The notes beneath the pieces are model-generated. The model did no database searches. It had not been told where the DNA came from and worked only from the letters and a program-made list of their open reading frames with translations. A program made the position numbers and the translations under genes. Positions 8,409-15,293 of a DNA stretch of 24,000 bases are shown in pieces (within the stretch, counting starts at the first letter, position 1; the number at the start of each line of letters is the position of its first letter). Origin of the DNA: Candidatus Eiseniibacteriota bacterium (GTDB taxonomy: Bacteria > Acidobacteriota > Terriglobia > Acidiferrales > UBA7541); NCBI GenBank assembly GCA_035518915.1, contig DATIXE010000051.1, positions 5,314 to 29,313 of the forward strand, read 5' to 3'.

Positions 8409-8873
8409 ATGAGGGCCATAGTGAAAAGAGCGATCGTGCTGACGATGCTGCTTTGGGGATTTCCGGCGCTTCCGCAGGGCGGAAAGACGTTGCAGAACCT
8501 GGATAGAAATGGAGTGGCCATTCAGGGGTACGATCCGGTGGCGTTTTTCACCCAGAACAAGCCCGTGAAGGGGGACAAGCGCTTTGAAAGTACTTACAAG
8601 GGCGCAACGTATTACTTTGTGTCGGGGGAAGACAAAGCGGCCTTCGACGCATCTCCGGGGAAGTACGAGCCTGAGTTCGGAGGATTCTGCGCGTATGGGG
8701 TTTCCAGGGGGAAGCTCGTGCCGGTGGATGTACAAGCATTCCAGATTGTCAACGGCAAGCTGTTACTCCAGTACGACCTCGACATCAAAGAGAAATTCAA
8801 CAAGGACCAGGCCGGCAATCTGGACAAGGCGAACCAGAATTGGCCGCAGCTGGTGGAAAAGAAAGGCCGCTAA
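8409..8873 (+). CDS. YHS-domain-containing exported protein (Cys form of a family I recall as containing selenoprotein members)
   Basis: 154-aa ORF with GGGGAAG before the ATG and the signal peptide MRAIVKRAIVLTMLLWGFPALPQG. It contains AIQGYDPVAFF..KG..YKGATYYFVSGEDKAAFDASPGKYEPEFGGFCAYGV, the typical YHS-domain pattern with a single conserved Cys. Confidence 0.82.
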   Translation: MRAIVKRAIVLTMLLWGFPALPQGGKTLQNLDRNGVAIQGYDPVAFFTQNKPVKGDKRFESTYKGATYYFVSGEDKAAFDASPGKYEPEFGGFCAYGVSRGKLVPVDVQAFQIVNGKLLLQYDLDIKEKFNKDQAGNLDKANQNWPQLVEKKGR

Positions 8874-8930
8874 TTCGAGGGGATCGGCGAAGGCTCGAAC
8901 CGGAGCGCCATCCAATCGGGAGAGGACACG

Positions 8931-9320
8931 ATGGGGACTAGCATTTTGAGCTGGATTTTGCGCCTGATTGCCGCAGTCATTTTGTTACAGACTTTGTTTT
9001 TCAAGTTCACCGGGGCTCCAGAGTCCATCTACATCTTCACAAAGGTGGGGGCCGAGCCTTGGGGGCGCATTGGTTCAGGTATCGTTGAACTTGTCGCGGC
9101 CATACTGCTTCTTTGGCCGCGATTCACTTGGCTCGGTTCGGCTCTGGCGCTGGGGATGATGGCCGGTGCAATCGTGAGTCACCTGACGGTGCTCGGGATT
9201 GAAGTCCAAGGGGATAAGGGGCTCCTGTTCGGGTTGGCACTGACCGTTTTTATTGCCTCGGCCATCAACTTGTTTCTCCATCGAGCGGAAATTCCAGTGA
9301 TCGGCGGGAGGCTGGCATGA
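8931..9320 (+). CDS. DoxX-family membrane protein
   Basis: 129-aa ORF with GGGAGAGGA before the ATG. It has four hydrophobic helices, and ILRLIAAVILLQTLFFKFTG..G..ELVAAILLLWPR..GAIVSHL resembles DoxX/DoxX-like proteins. Confidence 0.78.
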   Translation: MGTSILSWILRLIAAVILLQTLFFKFTGAPESIYIFTKVGAEPWGRIGSGIVELVAAILLLWPRFTWLGSALALGMMAGAIVSHLTVLGIEVQGDKGLLFGLALTVFIASAINLFLHRAEIPVIGGRLA

Positions 9321-9901
9321 ACCGGGCGATGGCAGGCGTGGCGAGAACTCCGGAAGCGGAGCCGGCGGCGGTTGGTTCGGACTTGCCGGAGTTGGTCGCT
9401 GCCGCAGGGGAAGTGCTCCAGCAAGGGCTGAATTTGCTTTCCCGGCTGGACGACGAGAAATATTCACGGATCGCGAGAGACCCCTTTAACGCCTCGGTCG
9501 GCGGGCATTACCGCCATGTGCTGGAACACTTCCAGTGCCTGATCGAAGGGATGTCCCAAAGAGTCGTCAACTACGACGCGCGGCGGAGAAATCCGCGCAT
9601 CGAGAACGAAGTGGGCTATGCGTCCGCTTCCACGGGCGAAGTTTTGAGGATTCTTCGAGGCTGGCGCGGAGAGACATTGCAGCAATCGTGCAAAACAATG
9701 AGTAGCGTCGGGTATCATTCCGGGCTTCCGGCGACAATCGATTCCAACGCCGGGCGAGAACTGGCCTACTGCGCAGCCCATGCGGTACACCATTTCGCCA
9801 TCATCCGCTTGATCTGCAACGAAGTGGGGATTGAAGTCTCCAAGGAATTCGGATACGCGCCTTCGACACTAAAGCACCAATCTTTGCTCGCCGCCGATTA
9901 G
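9317..9901 (+). CDS. Hypothetical cytoplasmic protein, DinB/YfiT-like helical-bundle candidate (His-rich motifs)
   Basis: 194-aa ORF whose ATG overlaps the DoxX stop (ATGA). GGHYRHVLEHFQCLIEG and YCAAHAVHHFAIIRLI look like the spaced His ligands of DinB-superfamily proteins. The assignment is by eye and tentative. Confidence 0.55.
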   Translation: MNRAMAGVARTPEAEPAAVGSDLPELVAAAGEVLQQGLNLLSRLDDEKYSRIARDPFNASVGGHYRHVLEHFQCLIEGMSQRVVNYDARRRNPRIENEVGYASASTGEVLRILRGWRGETLQQSCKTMSSVGYHSGLPATIDSNAGRELAYCAAHAVHHFAIIRLICNEVGIEVSKEFGYAPSTLKHQSLLAAD

Positions 9902-9912
9902 TGGGGAATCGA

Positions 9913-11526
9913 ATGAGCCTCCTGCCGTTACAAGTTAGTGGGAGTGTCGCAACGGCGATTGCCATCATTGTGGGAGCATTCGTCTCCGAGGATGCCGCTA
10001 CGATTACCGCGGCAACTCTAGCTGCGGGCAGCGTACTTGATCCCCGGCTTTCTTTTTTCAGCGCAGCTACTGGCTTGTGGGCGGGTGACCTTGGCGTATA
10101 CGCGGTGGCGCGCATTTGGGGCGAGAAGGCGCGTCGCACCTCGTGGCTGGGGCGCGCGGCCTCCTCGGCCGAGCAGGCGACTGCTGGTACGGCTGGCGGC
10201 TGGGCTTTGGCGCTGAGCCGATTTTTCCCTGGGGCACGGTTGCCCGCGTATGTTGCGGCAGGTCTAAATCGAATGCCGTTTCCTCGTTACGCGGGGATTA
10301 CGGCGCTGACGGCGTCGATCTGGACGTCCATCGTTTTCACCGCGATCTGGTTGTTCCCTGGTCAGGCGCAGACGGCTCGAGAACGGCTTGCGCAGGTAGG
10401 GATGGCGGGTTTGACGATTTTCGGGATTGTGTTTCTTTGGAAACGATTCGGCCATCACTTGCAGTTCTCATTGCGGAATCTCTGGCAGCGCGTGACACGT
10501 TGGGAGTTCTGGCCACCGTGGCTTTTCTACACTCCCGTGGCGTTGATGTGCGCCTGGCTGAGCGCGCGATTCCGCGGCATTTCCCTTCCGACCGTCGCCA
10601 ATCTGAATCAGAAAAACGGCGGGATCATTGGAGAATCCAAATACGAGATCTTGCGCGAACTGATGGAAAGCTCCCCGGAGGCCACGGCCGCCGCTTATTT
10701 GATTCCTGCCGGAGGTGACGAAGTCCGGTTTGGGAGGATTCAGGATCTCCTGGCCCGGCACGAGATTTCGTTCCCCTTCGTCTTGAAACCAGACACGGCG
10801 CAGCGAGGCGCGGGCTTCCGAAAAATCCGTTCGCTGGGCGAAGTGCAGGAATATCTGCAGCGGATTTCGCAGTCGCTGGTTCTGCAAAGATATGTGCAAG
10901 GCCCGCAGGAGGCGGGAATTTTCTATTACCGGTTTCCGGGACAACTTGAGGGGCAGATTTTCGGCATTACCCGAAAACGGTTTCCCGTGCTGGCCGGGGA
11001 TGGAATTCATTCCCTCAAGCAGCTGGTCGAATTGGATGATCGAGCGCGCTTCCTCCGTGGCGTTTACCTGAAACGCCTGGGCGCAGAGGCGAAACGAGTT
11101 CCCGCCGCGGGCGAACTTGTGAGACTGGTGGAAGCCGGAAACCACTGTCAGGGCTGCATCTTTGAGGACGGGTGGGACCTTGATTCCGAGGAGTTGCGCC
11201 GGGCGATGGACCGGATCAGCCTGCCACTGAACGGGTTCTATGTCGGGCGGTTCGACGTGCGTTATACCGATGACGACTCGCTGCGTGCCGGGAAAGGCTT
11301 CCAGGTGATTGAGTTGAATGGGGCTGCCTCGGAAGCCACGAATCTCTACGATGCAAAGAACTCCCTGTGGGCCGCCTATCGCACTCTATACCGCCAGTGG
11401 CGGCTGATTTACGCGATCGGTGCGGAAAATCGGAAGCGCGGTGCGGTGCCGCGCGCGGCGCTCAGTGTCTGGCGCGACTGGCGGGAGTTTTCATCGCATG
11501 CTTGCGAATTCCCTATCGCAGATTGA
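9913..11526 (+). CDS. Fusion protein: N-terminal DedA/VTT (SNARE-associated) membrane domain plus C-terminal ATP-grasp ligase domain
   Basis: I prefer ATG 9913 (GGGGA 5 nt upstream) over GTG 9901. The N-terminal part has FVSEDAATITAATLAAG, GLWAGDLGVYAVARIWG and LSRFFPGARLPAYVAAGLNRMPF (DedA-like), followed by two more TM segments. The C-terminal part has FPFVLKPDTAQRGAGF, LVLQRYV, GDGIHSL and FQVIELNGAASEATNLYD (ATP-grasp carboxylate-amine ligase pattern). Confidence 0.8.
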   Translation: MSLLPLQVSGSVATAIAIIVGAFVSEDAATITAATLAAGSVLDPRLSFFSAATGLWAGDLGVYAVARIWGEKARRTSWLGRAASSAEQATAGTAGGWALALSRFFPGARLPAYVAAGLNRMPFPRYAGITALTASIWTSIVFTAIWLFPGQAQTARERLAQVGMAGLTIFGIVFLWKRFGHHLQFSLRNLWQRVTRWEFWPPWLFYTPVALMCAWLSARFRGISLPTVANLNQKNGGIIGESKYEILRELMESSPEATAAAYLIPAGGDEVRFGRIQDLLARHEISFPFVLKPDTAQRGAGFRKIRSLGEVQEYLQRISQSLVLQRYVQGPQEAGIFYYRFPGQLEGQIFGITRKRFPVLAGDGIHSLKQLVELDDRARFLRGVYLKRLGAEAKRVPAAGELVRLVEAGNHCQGCIFEDGWDLDSEELRRAMDRISLPLNGFYVGRFDVRYTDDDSLRAGKGFQVIELNGAASEATNLYDAKNSLWAAYRTLYRQWRLIYAIGAENRKRGAVPRAALSVWRDWREFSSHACEFPIAD

Positions 11527-11529
11527 GTT

Positions 11530-12279
11530 ATGTGTACTCTGAGCTTTTTGCCGGTACATGGTGGCTACGTGGCGGCGATGAACCGCGATGAAGAGCGCGC
11601 GCGGCCTTTAGCGCTGCTCCCAGCTGTTCATTCAATCGGCGAGTTGAACGCTCTCTACCCCAGGGAAGCTGGCGGGGGGACGTGGATCGGAGCGAACGGC
11701 GCGGGCACTCTATTCGGGCTGCTGAACTGGTATGCCAGAGAAACGGAGAATCTCCCGAAAAAAGCGAGGTCCCGCGGCGAGGTCATTCCGCATCTGCTGG
11801 GAGATCTGGATGCGGCAACTTCGGAACGTGCGTTGTGGCAGCTGGATCTCGAGGGAATCCATCCGTTCCGCTTGATTGGTGTTTATCCCGGGGAGCGGCA
11901 AATCCGGGAATGGCGCTGGGACGCACGGCAGCTGGTCCATAAATCTCATGATTGGGGACGGCAGCACTGGTTCTCCTCCAGCCGTTCCGATACCATCGCG
12001 GAACGGGAGCGCGGAGCGGCGTGCGAACGCACGTGGAGGGGGGAGCCAAACGATCCGGCAATCTGGCTTCGCACGCTGCACTCCGGCCATATCCCCGAGC
12101 CAGGACCGTTTTCAATTTGCGTCCATCGTGCAGACGCGGCTACGGTCAGCTACACGGAAGTGATTTGGGATGGCACCCAACTCCAGATGCGCTACCTGGC
12201 AGGAAATCCTTGCCAAGCCGTGGAAATGCCCGGAGCATGGACGCTCCCTGTTTCCGCCAGCGCGCCGGGACGCGGATAG
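11530..12279 (+). CDS. NRDE-family (TANGO2-like) protein
   Basis: 249-aa ORF starting 3 nt after the previous stop codon. It has the N-terminal MC, the family-defining AMNRDE motif, GGTWIGANGAGTLFGLLN and SRGEVI. Confidence 0.88.
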   Translation: MCTLSFLPVHGGYVAAMNRDEERARPLALLPAVHSIGELNALYPREAGGGTWIGANGAGTLFGLLNWYARETENLPKKARSRGEVIPHLLGDLDAATSERALWQLDLEGIHPFRLIGVYPGERQIREWRWDARQLVHKSHDWGRQHWFSSSRSDTIAERERGAACERTWRGEPNDPAIWLRTLHSGHIPEPGPFSICVHRADAATVSYTEVIWDGTQLQMRYLAGNPCQAVEMPGAWTLPVSASAPGRG

Positions 12280-12293
12280 ACCACCCGGCCAGC

Positions 12294-12323
12294 TGAAACC
12301 TTTTGTCCCTTCGGGACTCTCAT
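12294..12323 (+). promoter_or_regulatory. Candidate ECF-type promoter P2 for the SDR-to-250-aa-protein unit
   Basis: TGAAACCTTTTGTCCCTTCGGGACTCTCAT lies in the 78-nt gap after the NRDE gene. Its first 11 nt are identical to P1, the ACTC box is in the same register, and it ends 34 nt before ATG 12358. Confidence 0.5.
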
Positions 12324-12357
12324 CCGCCAAGGAGAGTTCCGGGAAGGATTGGCGTCC

Positions 12358-13047
12358 ATGAAAGACAAGGTTGTTTTCATCACCGGCGCGAATGGAGGAC
12401 TCGGAGGTTCCGTAACGCGGGCATTTTTGCAAGCAGGCGCGAGAGTCATTGGGAGCTCGCTGCGCATCACTGCTGCGGACTTTCCGGAACCCAATTTTGA
12501 AGCCATGAGAATGGACTTCAATCAGCTTGAAGAGATTCGCCGCGGGGTGAGCAAACTTATTGAGCGATATGGCCGATTAGACGTGCTAGTGCACGTGCTG
12601 GGCGGATTCGCCGGCGGCCCCACGGTGGCGGAAACTCCCGATTCCATGTGGGAACAGATGCAGGGTCTTAATCTGACGGCCGCGTTTAAGGTATTCCGCG
12701 AATGCATTCCGCATCTTCGGAAGTCCGGGGCTGGCAGGCTTATCGCGATCGGCAGCTTGACGGCGGCGCAGCCGCACGCCCATCTGGGAGCGTACGTGGT
12801 CTCGAAGGCCGCGCTTGCGATGCTGGTGCGAACGGTTGCGCTGGAAAACGCCGACGCTAGCTTGACTGCGAATGTAATTCTGCCTGGAACGATGGATACT
12901 CCCGCAAACAGAAAATCCATGCCCGACGCAGATTTTTCAAAATGGGTGAAGACGCGGGATGTTGCGGAAATCGTATTGTCGCTGGCAGGCGAAGGCGGAA
13001 AGCATCTCACGGGCCTAGAAATCCCCATCGAGGGCGGACATGGCTGA
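12358..13047 (+). CDS. Short-chain dehydrogenase/reductase (SDR) family oxidoreductase
   Basis: It has VVFITGANGGLGGSV (TGxxxGxG), an NVL-type region, S..YVVSKAAL (YxxxK) and PGTMDTP. I prefer ATG 12358 (GGAAGGA upstream) to the TTG at 12349 given in the ORF track. Confidence 0.9.
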   Translation: MKDKVVFITGANGGLGGSVTRAFLQAGARVIGSSLRITAADFPEPNFEAMRMDFNQLEEIRRGVSKLIERYGRLDVLVHVLGGFAGGPTVAETPDSMWEQMQGLNLTAAFKVFRECIPHLRKSGAGRLIAIGSLTAAQPHAHLGAYVVSKAALAMLVRTVALENADASLTANVILPGTMDTPANRKSMPDADFSKWVKTRDVAEIVLSLAGEGGKHLTGLEIPIEGGHG

Positions 13048-13282
13048 ACGTGTCGCCGGATGGGTGATCTGGGGCATGTACACCTATGTGCTGGCCGGAA
13101 GTATTTTTGCGGGATGTTTTGTTGCTCGCGGCGTGCAGAAGGTGGATTCGGAGGCGCGAAGTGCAGGGATCGGCTTTCGATTGCTGATTTTTCCCGGAGC
13201 GGTGGCGTTCTGGGCTCTATTACTGAAGCGGTGGGTCGCAGCGGCGGGTGAACCGCCGGGAGAGAGGAACCCGCACCAATGA
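13040..13282 (+). CDS. Small membrane protein (80 aa, 2 predicted TM segments), unknown function
   Basis: Its ATG overlaps the SDR stop codon by 8 nt (ATGGCTGA). It has two hydrophobic helices (WVIWGMYTYVLAGSIFAGCFV and FRLLIFPGAVAFWALLL). Third codon positions are G/C-rich in this frame. Confidence 0.65.
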   Translation: MAERVAGWVIWGMYTYVLAGSIFAGCFVARGVQKVDSEARSAGIGFRLLIFPGAVAFWALLLKRWVAAAGEPPGERNPHQ

Positions 13283-13479
13283 TTCAGCCGCTCCGAACCG
13301 TGCATCGGCAAGTGTTCCTGTTGCTCACGCTGGCGCTTCCCCTCTTGTTTGTCGCGGGGATTCGGGCGCGGCACTGGGTGCTGACGCCGAAACCCGAATC
13401 CGGACAGCGCGCTCTTGCGGCGCCGAAGACGCGGAAGGAATTGGCCGCCACGGCTGCTCGCGGAGAGGGGCGGCCGTGA
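13279..13479 (+). CDS. Small membrane protein (66 aa, 1 predicted TM segment), unknown function
   Basis: It has an ATGA overlap with the previous gene and a GTGA overlap with the next. The TM helix is VFLLLTLALPLLFVAGI. Third-position G/C bias favours this frame over the competing 13248 frame. Confidence 0.55.
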   Translation: MIQPLRTVHRQVFLLLTLALPLLFVAGIRARHWVLTPKPESGQRALAAPKTRKELAATAARGEGRP

Positions 13480-14516
13480 GTCACGGATATGTGGCAGTCG
13501 GATGGAACGCGCAGAAGCGCGGGTACGATGTGACACTGGCGTGTGGAGTAATTTTGTACGTTGGAACTTTTGTCGGGCTAAGCGCAGTGCTGTATCCAAC
13601 GGCGACTGCGGAAACGCTTCTGATCCGCGCCTTGGGGTCCTGCGCATTTCTGATGCTCAATGTCGTGTTGTGCATTGGTCCGCTCTGCCGCCTGGATTCG
13701 AGATTTCTGCCGCTTCTCTATAACCGGCGGCATCTAGGCGTGACGACATTTCTTCTGGGCCTGGGACATGGCGCTTTCGGACTGATTCAATTTCACAGGC
13801 TGGGAAACATGGATCCCCTGCTCAGCCTGTTCACCGCAAATCGAAATTATTTCAGCCTGGCCGATTTCCCGTTTCAGCCGCTTGGTTTTCTGGCCTTAAT
13901 CATCCTGTTCCTGATGGCGGCCACGAGTCATGACTTCTGGTTGCGCAACCTGACGCCTCCCGTCTGGAAGAGCTTGCACATGCTGGTCTATTTGGCTTAC
14001 GCGCTGCTGGTGGCTCACGTCACTCTGGGACTGTTGCAATCGGAACGGAGCCGATGGCTAGTGGGAGCAATGGCGATCAGTTTGTCCGCCGTAATTTCGC
14101 TGCACCTGGCCGCGGCGCTGCGTGAGCGGAAAACGGACGATGCGAGACTCTCGCCCAGCGGCACGGGCTACTTGGCTGCATGCCCAGTCGAGGAAATCCC
14201 CGAAAAATACGCAAAAGTCGTTTCCGTTCATGGGGAGCGGGTGGCGATCTTCAAATTCGATGGGAAGATCTGCGCGCTTTCCAACGTCTGCCGGCACCAG
14301 AATGGCCCGCTGGGCGAGGGAAAGATCGTGGACGGTTGCGTGACGTGTCCATGGCACGGGTATCAATATTTGCCGGAATCCGGCGCTTCGCCGCCACCAT
14401 TCACCGAGAAGGTCTCCACGTTTCGGACGAAGCTCGCGGATGGCATGGTCTGGCTGGACCCGAATCCTCTGCCGCCGGGAAGTCGTGTGGAACCATCCAG
14501 GATTGAAAGCGTCTGA
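13476..14516 (+). CDS. Fusion protein: ferric-reductase-like (MsrQ/YedZ-type, dihaem b) 6-TM domain plus C-terminal Rieske [2Fe-2S] domain
   Basis: I chose GTG 13476 (GTGA coupling) because the ORF-track start at 13248 adds an Arg/Ala-rich, non-membrane extension that overlaps the two mini genes. There are six TM segments with conserved His residues (RRHLGV, LGLGHGAF, TSHDFW, SLHMLVYLAYALLVAHV). The C-terminus has CRHQNGPL...CPWHGYQY, which is the Rieske C-x-H / C-x2-H pair. Confidence 0.85.
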   Translation: MSHGYVAVGWNAQKRGYDVTLACGVILYVGTFVGLSAVLYPTATAETLLIRALGSCAFLMLNVVLCIGPLCRLDSRFLPLLYNRRHLGVTTFLLGLGHGAFGLIQFHRLGNMDPLLSLFTANRNYFSLADFPFQPLGFLALIILFLMAATSHDFWLRNLTPPVWKSLHMLVYLAYALLVAHVTLGLLQSERSRWLVGAMAISLSAVISLHLAAALRERKTDDARLSPSGTGYLAACPVEEIPEKYAKVVSVHGERVAIFKFDGKICALSNVCRHQNGPLGEGKIVDGCVTCPWHGYQYLPESGASPPPFTEKVSTFRTKLADGMVWLDPNPLPPGSRVEPSRIESV

Positions 14517-14525
14517 GGGATACGC

Positions 14526-15278
14526 ATGAAGGAGTTTTACATCGGGTATCTGCCCAGCGCTCCGCCCGCGATTCGCAGGCGCGTGGGGATTCTTGTGGGA
14601 CTAATTGTTCTGTTTGGCGTTGCCAGCGGGGCCTTGTTTGCGGTTGCCCAAAGCGGATTCGCGAAATCCTATTTTGAATTCGGAAAGCCAAGGGAATTTA
14701 CCGGAGTGCTGCGCCGGCACCCGTTTCCTACGTTGGTTGCGGACGACACGATTCGCGAAGGAAGTTCCTCGCCTTCCGTTTATCTTCTGGTGGCTCCCGG
14801 GAAATTTGGGGCCGATTCTCTCGTGGGCGGCAAGGATGATTGGCATGTCCGGCTGCGGGGAACGCGGATCCATCGCACGGAAGGGGAAATGATCGAGATC
14901 GAACCCGGATCCATTGTGGAAACGCCAGACTCGCGAACTTCCGCATCCCTGGAACGCGATTTGGGATATGCGCGACTATCGGGCGAGATCGTGGACACGA
15001 AATGCTACCTGGGCGTGATGAATCCTGGTGAAGGGAAAGTGCACCGTGAATGCGCAGCCCTGTGCTTAAGGGGCGGCATCCCTCCGGCTCTGGTTTCTTC
15101 AGATTTAGATGGCAAGCCGCGACTGTTTATCCTGATTGGTCCAGAGGGCGAACCGATGGCTAAAGAGGATTACTTACAACGCGTTGGACAGCCAGTTTCG
15201 ATGGAAGGCCGCATCGTGGAGAAGGATCAACTCTATTATCTGCAAGCCGATCCAGCCAGCATCGTGGCGCTTCCATAG
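14526..15278 (+). CDS. N-terminally membrane-anchored protein of unknown function with C-x12-H-x2-C-x3-C motif
   Basis: 250-aa ORF with GAGGGA 5 nt before the ATG. It has a single N-terminal TM segment (RRRVGILVGLIVLFGVASGALFAV). The C-terminal region GEIVDTKCYLGVMNPGEGKVHRECAALCLRGGIPP..GQPVSMEGRIVEKDQLYYL resembles the 109-aa secreted protein at 2312-2641. Confidence 0.75.
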   Translation: MKEFYIGYLPSAPPAIRRRVGILVGLIVLFGVASGALFAVAQSGFAKSYFEFGKPREFTGVLRRHPFPTLVADDTIREGSSSPSVYLLVAPGKFGADSLVGGKDDWHVRLRGTRIHRTEGEMIEIEPGSIVETPDSRTSASLERDLGYARLSGEIVDTKCYLGVMNPGEGKVHRECAALCLRGGIPPALVSSDLDGKPRLFILIGPEGEPMAKEDYLQRVGQPVSMEGRIVEKDQLYYLQADPASIVALP

Positions 15279-15293
15279 CTCCCTGCAGTTCCC

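Noticed and set aside
8874-8899. TTCGAG-N14-CTCGAA hairpin between the YHS and DoxX genes, considered as a possible terminator or attenuator.
   Set aside because: It is a 6-bp stem with a 14-nt loop and no U-tract. That is too weak to call a terminator, so the two genes are most simply co-transcribed.
10955-10984. Minus-strand GAAACCGTTTTCGGG inside the ATP-grasp coding region, resembling the 5' half of P1.
   Set aside because: There is no ACTC or CGT box at the correct spacing. It is antisense and intragenic.
13248-13475. The N-terminal 76-codon extension of the FRD-Rieske ORF, using the ORF-track start at 13248.
   Set aside because: The extension (MNRRERGTRTNDSAAPNRASAS...) overlaps both mini membrane genes in another frame, has weak third-position G/C bias and contains no TM segment. 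GTG 13476 gives a GTGA stop/start overlap with the 66-aa gene and starts right before the first TM helix.
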